In this document: positions 55,515 to 63,642 of the stretch, in pieces
How the letters are laid out: each line of letters opens with the position of its first letter
Position numbering within the stretch: position 1 is the stretch's first letter
Source of the DNA: an uncultured Candidatus Saccharibacteria bacterium
GTDB taxonomy: Bacteria; Patescibacteriota; UBA1384; JAMDBS01; DAOVQR01
Assembly (NCBI GenBank): GCA_964481135.1
Contig: CAYZSW010000006.1
Location: 1-63,642, forward strand
Length of the DNA stretch: 63,642 nucleotides
Reading direction: 5' to 3'
Translations under genes and position numbers: made by a program
Notes under the pieces: model-generated
Database searches by the model: none
The model's input: only the letters and a program-made list of their open reading frames with translations
Told to the model about the DNA's origin: nothing

Positions 55515-56771
55515 TTATTTTCCCAATGTTTTAACAACGCTATTAAGGATTCCATCAACAACTTTCTCTTGACCGACCAATTCAATTGATAAAGAGGCCA
55601 TTGCCATTGGAGTCACATGCATTGGATCCTTGAGCTCTTTTGTATCGTCAATAATTGTTGTGATATTTTTTGGATTAATATGTTCCACTAATGGTCTTCG
55701 AGCAAAAGGTAATTTTTTATTCCATTTCTTATCTTTTAGAGCTTGTACTAAATCTGGCAAAGAACTACCTCCCCCACATAAATATATTTTACTTGGTAAA
55801 AGTTCGATTCCTTTAAATTCTCCTAATGTTAATTCTACACCAGCAGTCCAAACCTTGCAATCGCTAACCAGTGCTTTTTTGATTAATTCTTGTTTTTTAC
55901 CTGTAAGTTGGTTTTTTGAATATTGGATTTTTAACTTTTCTGCTTCTGAAAAAGGCAATGCTAAAACTTGACTAATTCTTTTTGTAAAAGCTCTACCTCC
56001 CAAAGCAAACATTTTTGTTCCAGCAACACCTCCAGTTGTAACAATTGCGATATCTGTAGTTCCTCCACCAATATCAACAAAAATTGCTGAAAAATCAGAA
56101 GTTTCTTCTGGTCCCATGCAGCGAGCAACTGCGTAGGGTTCTGCAACAATTGAAATTAAATCCAATTCTAGCGATTGAGCAATAGTCTGCAAAGCACCTA
56201 AATGAACAATAGGTGCAAAAGCATTGAATACTCCAATTTGCATTTCTTTCCCCTGAAATCCTATTGGATTTACTATTTTATATCCATCTATTCTTACATC
56301 TACCACTGCTGCATTAACCAGTCTGATATCAAGCTCGGCTATTCCTGACTCCCAAGACAAAATAGATCTCGCCCTATCAAAAGCTCTGCGCTGTACTCGA
56401 GCAATAATATCTTTTAGTTCTTGCATAGTAATTTTTGTTTGAGGTTTTGGTCTTGTGTATCTAATAGTTGTGGTCGTACCCTTCACTAATTCACCTGCTA
56501 TACCAATTATTACTTGGTCGGGTAGTATTTTTGCCTGGGAAGCAGCCATTTCTAAAGACTGTTCGCAGTTTTTTATTACTCCGTGGATATCAGTTACTGT
56601 GCCTGATTGCATATCAGTTAGTTTCTGCCTCTGCTTACCAACGCCTAAAATATGAGCTTTCTCATTTTCAACTTTAAAAATTAGAGTTTTTACAAACTCC
56701 GTTCCAATATCTAAACTAATTGCATAATTAGCATTTGACGACTTACTCTTGAAAAAATCGAAAAATCCCAT
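55515..56771 (-). CDS. ftsA: actin-fold FtsA-like protein
   Basis: 418-aa ORF with ISLDIGTEFVKTL, IFVDIGGGTTDIAIV and YLCGGGSSLPDL. The N-terminal MGFFDFFKSK looks amphipathic. No ftsZ follows it. Confidence 0.7.
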   Translation of the reverse strand: MGFFDFFKSKSSNANYAISLDIGTEFVKTLIFKVENEKAHILGVGKQRQKLTDMQSGTVTDIHGVIKNCEQSLEMAASQAKILPDQVIIGIAGELVKGTTTTIRYTRPKPQTKITMQELKDIIARVQRRAFDRARSILSWESGIAELDIRLVNAAVVDVRIDGYKIVNPIGFQGKEMQIGVFNAFAPIVHLGALQTIAQSLELDLISIVAEPYAVARCMGPEETSDFSAIFVDIGGGTTDIAIVTTGGVAGTKMFALGGRAFTKRISQVLALPFSEAEKLKIQYSKNQLTGKKQELIKKALVSDCKVWTAGVELTLGEFKGIELLPSKIYLCGGGSSLPDLVQALKDKKWNKKLPFARRPLVEHINPKNITTIIDDTKELKDPMHVTPMAMASLSIELVGQEKVVDGILNSVVKTLGK

Positions 56772-56865
56772 AATTGTATTTATTAATTTTTTATTTAAAT
56801 ATTGTTTATACTTACTAGCATTATATCATATTATTTCAGATACTAAAATTTCAAAATATTGAAGC

Positions 56866-56958
56866 TCCCACGACCTTACCTGTCTGCCCGCTTCGGCGAG
56901 GCAAGCCGGCCTGTCTGCCGATAAGGCAGGTAAGGCAGTCAATGCGGGCGGTCGGGGA
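56866..56958. repeat. GC-rich structured island D with two copies of CCTGTCTGCC
   Basis: Possible helices are CCTTACCTG/CAGGTAAGG (9 bp), GCCCGC/GCGGGC (6 bp), CGC-TTCG-GCG, CTGCC-GATAA-GGCAG and an outer CCCACGACC/GGTCGGGG. The island lies between the terminator of the 57014 gene and the ftsA-like start. Confidence 0.7.
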
Positions 56959-56992
56959 ATTCCGCAAAGAGAAATTAAAATTTTTTATGAAT

Positions 56993-57025
56993 AAAAAAAT
57001 AGCTTCTAAACTCTTAGGAGCTATT
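56993..57025 (-). terminator. rho-independent terminator overlapping the stop codon of the 57014..57394 gene
   Basis: On the minus strand, AATAGCT-cctaagagtttaga-AGCTATT is followed by T7. Confidence 0.65.
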
Positions 57026-57394
57026 TTCTGACATGTGCCAGCTTTTTTTTATATAATCTAAAATTCCAATTTGCAAAAATTTTCCAGAGAAAAAATCTCT
57101 AGATAATACCTTACTTACTTCAATAATTTCTGCTTTTAGTAAAAATTGTTCAGACGCAATATTTACTTTAATGGTTTCATACATTTTCGGATATTTATAG
57201 TATTGAATTGGTAATAAATTAATTGTTAGATTTGTTTTATTTATAATACTTGATAATTCTGTATTTGTTGGATAATAAATAGTTATATATGTTACTTTAA
57301 GAGTTATTAAATACAGGGCTAAAGATAATACTAAATCAATCGGTAACATGATTAAATTCAATAAAAATACCATTTTGTTAAACAACCTACTCAC
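57014..57394 (-). CDS. hypothetical membrane protein
   Basis: 126-aa ORF with an N-terminal hydrophobic span. Confidence 0.4.
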   Translation of the reverse strand: MSRLFNKMVFLLNLIMLPIDLVLSLALYLITLKVTYITIYYPTNTELSSIINKTNLTINLLPIQYYKYPKMYETIKVNIASEQFLLKAEIIEVSKVLSRDFFSGKFLQIGILDYIKKSWHMSENSS

Positions 57395-57408
57395 CTCCTA
57401 AAAAGTAA

Positions 57409-59202
57409 TTATTTTAAAACAGCTTTAATTCGACGGACACCTGAAGAAGAAGATTTTTCCGAAATAATTTTAAATTTACCCAATTCTTTTGTATTTTTCA
57501 CATGAGGTCCACCACAGATTTCACGAGAAAAATATCCTTTATTTGGACCTATAGTATATACTTTTACAATTTTTCCGTATTTACTTTCAAAAAATCCAAG
57601 TGCTCCAGATGCTTTTGCAGATTTCAAATCCATTTCCTTCATAGTTACTGGCAATGCTTTTTTAATTTGAACATTTACAATTTCCTCGATTTTTTGTTTT
57701 TCTTCTTCGGATAATTTTTCTTTGTGTTTGAAATCGAACCTCAAGCGGTCGGCTGTAATATTAGACCCACATTGCATAACCTGCTCTCCTAACACTTTTC
57801 TTAACGCCTGATGTAAAAGATGAGTTGTAGTATGATAACAAGTTACAACTTCTGAATCATCTGCAAGTCCGCCTTTAAATTTCTTCTCTGCACCCTTACG
57901 AGAAAGTAATTGGTGTTTTTGAAATGCTTTTTCAAATTCATTTTTATCAACTTTTAATCCTTCTTCAAATGCCATTTCTTCAATCATTTCAATTGGTAAT
58001 CCATAGCTTTCATAAAGTTTAAAAGCAGATCTGCCAGAAATTTTGTCTTGATTATGACTACGTATTTGATTAACTAATTTTGAAAATTCTTTTTGTCCAC
58101 ATTCAAGGCATCTTTGAAATTTTTCTTCTTCTTTTTCTAAAACATCAACAATTTTTTTTCTTTTATTAATTTCAGGATATATATCTTTGTAATTATCAAT
58201 AACACAATAAGTTAATTTCTCTAGATATTTTTTATCAGTAATATTAATTAAATTTGCATAACGAATAATCCTTCTAGTTAATCTTCTTAAAACATAACCT
58301 TGGTCTAGATTAGATGGTTCAATGCCATCTGCAATAATAAAAATACAAGCTCTAATATGATCTGCAATAATTTTAGCACTTTTCTCATTATAATTTTTTG
58401 ATAATTTTTTTATTAAATCAATAATTGGACTAAAAAGTTCTGTTTCGTAAATACTATTTTTATTATTAATAACAGCTAAAGTTCTTTCTAATCCCATTCC
58501 CGTATCAACATTTTTTTGTTTTAAAGGTACATATTCGTATTCTTGTATTTTTAGATTTACATTTTTAGTTTTGCGTTTTTTATTGTACTGCATAAAAACA
58601 TCATTCCAAATCTCTACCCATTTTGGATTTTTCGGATCAAATTTTTTCGGTGCTTTATCTTTACCAATCCAATAAAACATTTCTGTATCTGGGCCACATG
58701 GACCAGTTTCTCCTGCGGGTCCCCACCAATTATCCAGTTTCCCTAAAAATGCAATGCGTTCTTTTTTAATACCCAATGATTGCCATATTTTTGCTGATTG
58801 TAGATCTTTAGGACAATCTTTATCACCAGCAAAACAAGAAACAGCAATTTTATCTTTATTAAGTTTTAATTCCTGTGTTAAAAATTTCCAACTTAATTTA
58901 ATTGCTTCATCTTTAAAATAATCGCCTAAACTCCAATTTCCTAACATTTCAAAAAATGTGTTGTGAGTGTTATCTCCAACTTGATTAATGTCATCTGTAC
59001 GCAAACATTTTTGAACATTTGTAAGTCGGGTACCTGCTGGATGTTTTTCTCCTAATAAAAAAGGAACCAAAGGATGCATTCCTGCAGTAGTAAATAACAC
59101 CGTAGGATCATTTTCTGGTACTAACGGTGCCGATTGAATCTCTTTATGACCATGTGATACAAAAAAATTAAGATATTTTTTACGAAGTTCTTTTGCTTTC
59201 AT
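57409..59202 (-). CDS. alaS: alanyl-tRNA synthetase, short form (catalytic plus editing domains, no C-Ala domain)
   Basis: 597-aa ORF with ELRKKYLNFFVSHGHKEIQSAPLVP, FTTAGM and WNDVFMQYN. The editing-site motifs are HTTTHLLHQAL and CGGPHV. The ORF ends shortly after the editing domain. Confidence 0.88.
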   Translation of the reverse strand: MKAKELRKKYLNFFVSHGHKEIQSAPLVPENDPTVLFTTAGMHPLVPFLLGEKHPAGTRLTNVQKCLRTDDINQVGDNTHNTFFEMLGNWSLGDYFKDEAIKLSWKFLTQELKLNKDKIAVSCFAGDKDCPKDLQSAKIWQSLGIKKERIAFLGKLDNWWGPAGETGPCGPDTEMFYWIGKDKAPKKFDPKNPKWVEIWNDVFMQYNKKRKTKNVNLKIQEYEYVPLKQKNVDTGMGLERTLAVINNKNSIYETELFSPIIDLIKKLSKNYNEKSAKIIADHIRACIFIIADGIEPSNLDQGYVLRRLTRRIIRYANLINITDKKYLEKLTYCVIDNYKDIYPEINKRKKIVDVLEKEEEKFQRCLECGQKEFSKLVNQIRSHNQDKISGRSAFKLYESYGLPIEMIEEMAFEEGLKVDKNEFEKAFQKHQLLSRKGAEKKFKGGLADDSEVVTCYHTTTHLLHQALRKVLGEQVMQCGSNITADRLRFDFKHKEKLSEEEKQKIEEIVNVQIKKALPVTMKEMDLKSAKASGALGFFESKYGKIVKVYTIGPNKGYFSREICGGPHVKNTKELGKFKIISEKSSSSGVRRIKAVLK

Positions 59203-59210
59203 AGATTATA

Positions 59211-59876
59211 TTATTGCACAATTTCTTTAACTGAGTCAACAATTTTTTGCCACCATGTTTTTTCTGGTTGCTCTTGCTCGATCTTTAATTGTTCAGCAAC
59301 ATTTTCTGCTGACACGCCTTGCGTATATAGTTCTTGATAATACAACTCTTTGTATTTTTCTTTAGCGTTCATAACTGTCTTTAAATAACCTGATGTTTCT
59401 CGTGGAATAACTGAGTGAGAACGAGAAACAACATATCTGTTGGCAACGCCAGGTCCACCGTTATAACCAGCTAATGCTACTTCTTCGTCATTGTTATAAC
59501 GATTTAATAAATCTCTTAGATACCATGCTCCATATTTAATACTTGTTTCTGGATCATGCAAATCATTAACGCTAAAATTGTAATTTCCAAAACGCTCCGC
59601 AATAAACTTACCAGTACTGGGCATGACTTGCATTAATCCTCTAGCGCCAGCACGAGATACTGCATCGGGATTAAATTTACTTTCGGAATACAAAACAGCA
59701 GACAGATATGCTGGATCTAAATCATACTCTTTCGCGTATTTGATGATATATTCTTCGTATTTTAAAGGATATACAATACTTCCCCAGATTTTCGGAAATA
59801 AAAAATATATTGCAATACTAAGAACAACTAGTACAATTGCAACGATGCCTATAATAGTTTTGGTTCTCTTTTGCAT
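59211..59876 (-). CDS. lytic transglycosylase (SLT domain) with N-terminal TM
   Basis: 221-aa ORF with ESKFNPDAVSRAGARGLMQVMP and AGYNGGPG. Confidence 0.85.
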   Translation of the reverse strand: MQKRTKTIIGIVAIVLVVLSIAIYFLFPKIWGSIVYPLKYEEYIIKYAKEYDLDPAYLSAVLYSESKFNPDAVSRAGARGLMQVMPSTGKFIAERFGNYNFSVNDLHDPETSIKYGAWYLRDLLNRYNNDEEVALAGYNGGPGVANRYVVSRSHSVIPRETSGYLKTVMNAKEKYKELYYQELYTQGVSAENVAEQLKIEQEQPEKTWWQKIVDSVKEIVQ

Positions 59877-60021
59877 ATATTCCTATATATTATATTTTCA
59901 TTATATACAAAGATTTAAAAATAAACAAATTTTTAAATTATTATTTATAGTTATAAACATTAAAAAACATCGGAAGATGTTTTATTGTAGAATATATTTA
60001 TTATAAAAAATAGTATTGTCT

Positions 60022-60109
60022 TGGTGCCGCGGGCGGGACTCGAACCCGCACGGTTGTTTAGACCACAGGATTTTAAGTCCTGCGTGTATACCAATTTCAC
60101 CACCGCGGC
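60022..60109 (-). tRNA. tRNA-Leu (anticodon TAA), class II long variable arm, CCA encoded
   Basis: Hand-folded: GCCGCGG-TG-GTG..CAC-G-CAGGA-CTTAAAA-TCCTG-TGGTCTAAACAACCGT-GCGGG-TTCGAGT-CCCGC-CCGCGGC-A-CCA. Confidence 0.9.
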
Positions 60110-60234
60110 TAATAATTAGCTAAATTTTCTTTTTATTTCTTCTCTCCCAATACCTGATTTCCAATATTTTTCTCTTTTTCTTGCTATTCTTATATCATTA
60201 CATTATTCATTATTAATTATTATTTTGTATAGCG

Positions 60235-61209
60235 TCAGATTTTATAATCTGCAATTTTCCATCCTCCATTACCATCAGGTCTAATTTTACCATTTATCGT
60301 AAATCCTGATGCTTTTTTCAAACCACCGCCACCATATATTCTAGCCAAACAAGAAACATCAATATTGTTTTTTTCTGTTCTTAAACTTGCCTTGATTTTA
60401 CCATTTTGAATCTCATAAAACAAGATTGCAGCAGAACTGTCTGGTATTGTATTTATCAAATTTACAACACCGGCCAAATCACTAACATTTGCTTGATACT
60501 TTTTAATATCTTCTAAAGTAATAACCGAAACAACCAATCCTAATTTTTCAATTTTTCTTATTCTTGAAAGTACTAATCCCCATAATTTTAAAGTAGATAA
60601 TTTTTTTGCATTAGTGATATTGTTTGTTATTTGTTTTAATCTTGCGCCTAAACTTAATAATTCAGAAGTGATTTTCAAAACCTCTGGAGTAGTATTAGAA
60701 TGTTTAAAACCACCTGTATCATTATAAATACCACACAATAAACTTGTTGCTATTTTGGAATCAATAACAATTCCCCATATTTGGGCAATTTTAAATATTA
60801 TTTCAGCCGTAGAAGAAGCATTATAATCTACAATATTAATAGATGCAATTTTATGAATATCATTTCTAGGATGATGGTCAATATTAATTATTTTTTTTCT
60901 AAATTTTAAATTTTTTTTCAACCTAGAAGCAAAACCAGTTCTTTTAAGATCACCACAATCCAAAATAATTATTAAATCAAAATCACCCAATAAAAAATCA
61001 TTATCAACACTTTTTACACCCTCTAAAAAAGAAAATAAATTAGGTATTTCATCAAGACATACAGCATAAGAATTTTTACCCATTTTTTTTAATAATTGAC
61101 AAAGTGCTGATTGAGAACCTAAAGCATCACCATCTGGATTTTGGTGTGTAACAATCAAAATTTTTTCCGAATCTTCTATTCTTCTTTTAAGCTTATTTAT
61201 TTTTAGCAT
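60235..61209 (-). CDS. DHH/DHHA1 phosphoesterase (NrnA-like oligoribonuclease/pAp phosphatase)
   Basis: 324-aa ORF with HQNPDGDALGS, DCGD, NIDHHPRN and GGGGLKKASGF (DHHA1 GGGH-like). Confidence 0.8.
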   Translation of the reverse strand: MLKINKLKRRIEDSEKILIVTHQNPDGDALGSQSALCQLLKKMGKNSYAVCLDEIPNLFSFLEGVKSVDNDFLLGDFDLIIILDCGDLKRTGFASRLKKNLKFRKKIINIDHHPRNDIHKIASINIVDYNASSTAEIIFKIAQIWGIVIDSKIATSLLCGIYNDTGGFKHSNTTPEVLKITSELLSLGARLKQITNNITNAKKLSTLKLWGLVLSRIRKIEKLGLVVSVITLEDIKKYQANVSDLAGVVNLINTIPDSSAAILFYEIQNGKIKASLRTEKNNIDVSCLARIYGGGGLKKASGFTINGKIRPDGNGGWKIADYKI

Positions 61210-61675
61210 TCAAAATAATAATTCTTCTAGGGTCGTTTTCAGATGGTTTGTCTTTTAATTTAAGTTCGTCTAGTTCTTCTGGTTTAATGCCTTCTAATTT
61301 TGTAAAATTACTAATGTCGTTATAGTGCATTGGGATAACAATTTTTGGCTCGATTTCCTTGATTACAGCTAGCGCTTCTTTCGGATCAAAAACATCTCCT
61401 GCTCCAACAGGAACAAATAAAATATCAACATTTTCTAACAATTCTAATTCTTCATTACTTAAAAGTTTTTTTCTTTTGTCTAAATGAGCCAAAACTACAC
61501 CATCAACTTCTAATATTATAATCGAATTAACTACTTCTAATCGAATTCCGGCCACTTCATATTCACCGGAATTAGAAATTACAAAATCATTGATTTTTGT
61601 CTCTTGATCAATAACAATTTGAGCTTTTTGAGATTTAATTCTAAACTTACCCTCGCCAAAATATTCAATCTGCAT
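61193..61675 (-). CDS. small MBL-fold-like protein (degenerate, no HxHxDH seen)
   Basis: 160-aa ORF. DILFVPVGAGDVFDPKEALAVIKEIEPKIVIPMHY resembles the C-terminal half of UPF0173/UlaG-like hydrolases. Confidence 0.4.
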   Translation of the reverse strand: MQIEYFGEGKFRIKSQKAQIVIDQETKINDFVISNSGEYEVAGIRLEVVNSIIILEVDGVVLAHLDKRKKLLSNEELELLENVDILFVPVGAGDVFDPKEALAVIKEIEPKIVIPMHYNDISNFTKLEGIKPEELDELKLKDKPSENDPRRIIILNAKNK

Positions 61676-61702
61676 TATTTAGTTCTCCGATGATTTAATG
61701 TA

Positions 61703-62899
61703 TTATTTTGTTTTATTAGTAGTTGTCTTTTTCGATTTAGTAGTGCTCTTTTTGATGGTTTTTTTAGTTTTATCAGCGTCTATTGCCTTTTTTTCCTTTG
61801 CATTATCGGTATCATCTAAAATAGACAAATTAATTTTATGAGAAGCAGCTTCTATAGAAATAATTTTAAACTTGTATTTCTTACCTATTGCGAGAACATC
61901 TTCCATCTTTTTGCCGTCTCTTAATTTTTCTGAAAGTTCTGATATGTGTACTAATCCGCTTATTTTATTTGGTAAAACTACAAACACTCCGAAAGGTGTA
62001 ACTTTTTCAACTTCGCCTTCAACCATTTTTCCTTTTTTAAGTTCTTTAATTTTATCAAGCCAAGGGTCTGGAAGAAGTCTTTTAATTGACAAAGAAACCT
62101 TGCTGTCATCCACTGCGATAATTTCGACTCTAACCTTATCTCCAATTTTATAAAGTGATTTTAAGTTATCAATCCTATCCCATGAAATCTCTGAGATATG
62201 TACCAACCCCTCAATTTTTCCCAAATCAATAAATAATCCAAAATCAACTACTCCACTTACAACTCCATCTACAACTTGTCCTTTTTTATAGCTTTCCAAA
62301 ACATTTTGAATTTCACTAGTAAGAGCTGCTTTTTCAGAAAAAATTAATTTATTTTGAGTTTTATCATAATTAATAATTTTTACTTCTAAGGCCTTGCCAA
62401 CAAATTCATTTAATTTTTCAAGAATTTTACTTTTATTATCTCCAACTTTCGGATAATGCTCGTTGGATAATTGTGAAACTGGTAAGAAACCTTCAATTCC
62501 TCCATATTCTGCAATAAGTCCACCTTTATTTGCTTGTTTAATCCTAACTCGAACATTTTTTTCTTCTTGAAAATTTTCACTAATTTTTTGATTAAATCTT
62601 TCTTTATCAGCCCTTCTTAATGATAAAACTGCATAGCCATCATCATTTTCTGCTGTTAAAACATATGCTACAACTTTATCGCCTGATTTTAAATCATTCA
62701 CATCTACTGAGAATTCTTTCTCTAGAACAATACCATAACAAATACCACTAACATCAACTAAAATTCTGTTTTTTGATTTAGCCAAAATAATAACTTCAAC
62801 AATAGCCCCCTCTTTTACAGGGACTATGTCACTACCTAGATCCTCAACGATTTTCTGCATTGAATCATTTTTATGATTTTCTTTTAAAACTTTCGACAA
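61703..62899 (-). CDS. rpsA: 30S ribosomal protein S1 (four S1 domains, Lys/Thr-rich tail)
   Basis: 398-aa ORF with four repeats of the G.(V/I).G.V......G.F(V/I).L.....GL(V/I)H(I/V)SE pattern. Confidence 0.85.
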   Translation of the reverse strand: MSKVLKENHKNDSMQKIVEDLGSDIVPVKEGAIVEVIILAKSKNRILVDVSGICYGIVLEKEFSVDVNDLKSGDKVVAYVLTAENDDGYAVLSLRRADKERFNQKISENFQEEKNVRVRIKQANKGGLIAEYGGIEGFLPVSQLSNEHYPKVGDNKSKILEKLNEFVGKALEVKIINYDKTQNKLIFSEKAALTSEIQNVLESYKKGQVVDGVVSGVVDFGLFIDLGKIEGLVHISEISWDRIDNLKSLYKIGDKVRVEIIAVDDSKVSLSIKRLLPDPWLDKIKELKKGKMVEGEVEKVTPFGVFVVLPNKISGLVHISELSEKLRDGKKMEDVLAIGKKYKFKIISIEAASHKINLSILDDTDNAKEKKAIDADKTKKTIKKSTTKSKKTTTNKTK

Positions 62900-62930
62900 A
62901 ATAAATCCTTTTACAAGTAAATTATAATAA

Positions 62931-63335
62931 TTAATTTTTATCAGGCAAATATTTTTTAAACACTTTGTTTTGTTTTTCTTGTTTGTATAAAATTTTAAAA
63001 TTTTTTAAATAGAATCTTAAAATAATAATAAACCATACAATGAAAATTATAAATAAAATTACCAATAAAATTGGCGCAGATAAAAACAAAATATTCTGCC
63101 ACTGGCAAAATATTATCACAAATCCTAAAATTGCGCAAGTAGACAAAAAAGAAGAAATTTTATCAGATAAAATCTTATACGACTTATAAGCCTTCGATTT
63201 TTTAAGTAAAGTAATTTTAAAAATAAAAAATAGTATAAAAAGAATACTAAAAATAAATATTTCCCAAATCAAAAAAGAACTTGAAAAATTTGTCCTCCAA
63301 TTAAACAAATTTGTGGGTTGAAAAAAATCTAGCAT
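62931..63335 (-). CDS. hypothetical membrane protein
   Basis: 134-aa ORF with three hydrophobic spans. Confidence 0.4.
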   Translation of the reverse strand: MLDFFQPTNLFNWRTNFSSSFLIWEIFIFSILFILFFIFKITLLKKSKAYKSYKILSDKISSFLSTCAILGFVIIFCQWQNILFLSAPILLVILFIIFIVWFIIILRFYLKNFKILYKQEKQNKVFKKYLPDKN

Positions 63336-63419
63336 AATGTATATTGCCCTTCATAAAATTTTCGATCAAAGATCTCAATTTTATTTCAGGACATTCGTCA
63401 TAATTTTGATAAATATAGG

Positions 63420-63513
63420 ACTTACGCACTTCGGATCTGCACCCTTTAGGGTGCTAGACAGGATAAAGCCTGTCATTCCAGAAAGTGTATGCAAATTATT
63501 TAAACGCGTAAGT
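63420..63513. other. structured GC-rich element E (three-helix junction), strand unresolved
   Basis: P1 is ACTTACGC/GCGTAAGT (63420-27 / 63506-13). P2 is GCACCC-TTTA-GGGTGC (63439-54). P3 is GACAGG-ATAAAG-CCTGTC (63457-74). It lies in the divergent spacer between the minus-strand 62931 gene and a plus-strand ORF. Confidence 0.55.
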
Positions 63514-63548
63514 TCTAAAATAATTGTTTTTTGTAAAGATGGTTTACC

Positions 63549-63642
63549 ATGAGGAATTTTGAAAATGTAATTCGACTACATGACGAATGGTGCGTTTATT
63601 CAACCAAGCTCGAACTTATTTTACCAAGAATTTTTGAAAAAT
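63549..63642 (+). CDS. 5' end of a plus-strand ORF running off the window
   Basis: The ATG at 63549 opens MRNFENVIRLHDEWCVYSTKLELILPRIFEK..., which stays open to the window edge. The SD is weak. Confidence 0.3.
   Translation, partial: MRNFENVIRLHDEWCVYSTKLELILPRIFEK

Overview
This is a visibly AT-rich, gene-dense bacterial fragment. Almost every gene lies on the minus strand. The exceptions are one glycoside hydrolase, tRNA-Asp and a partial ORF at the right edge. The gene content looks like a reduced-genome Patescibacteria/CPR-type organism, but that is an inference from content, not a search result. It includes secA, serS, class I lysK, greA, a short alaS, rpsA, ruvB, ruvX, mreB-mreC-mreD-PBP2, ftsE-ftsX with an M23 peptidase, an ftsA-like gene, mltG, PolX, tsaB/tsaE, an LCP protein, a polysaccharide deacetylase, an LTD-SNase surface nuclease and many small membrane or hypothetical proteins. 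The standard genetic code fits throughout. The left 13.6 kb is accessory-like: MarC, a SAM methyltransferase, NUDIX, a four-helix-bundle protein, DUF3795, an ATL/MGMT-like protein, DUF1801 and an HD protein. It also holds an apparent operon of a processive GT2, DUF2229, a BcrA/HgdC-type activase, a Cys-rich micropeptide, a CFA-synthase-like methyltransferase and an FAD reductase. One 8.8-kb gene (13677..22475) encodes a 2932-aa surface protein anchored at both ends, with an internal HExxH module, long tandem repeats and palindromic repeat units inserted in frame. The most unusual signals are in RNA and repeat sequence. (1) A complete tRNA-Thr(CGU) sits inside the D-arm of a second tRNA-Thr(CGU)-like gene and is clamped by GC-rich complementary arms (11857..12045). 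(2) tRNA-Asp is followed by two tandem 117/118-nt units, each ending in a copy of the last 21 nt of the tRNA (24009..24320). (3) GC-rich structured islands lie in otherwise AT-rich spacers (27.5, 33.2, 46.2, 56.9 and 63.4 kb). Several share a CCTGTCYGCC / GGCRGACRGG core that also flanks the tRNA fragments. No CRISPR array, rRNA gene, transposase or integrase gene was seen. All product calls come from motifs read by eye, and no database search was possible.
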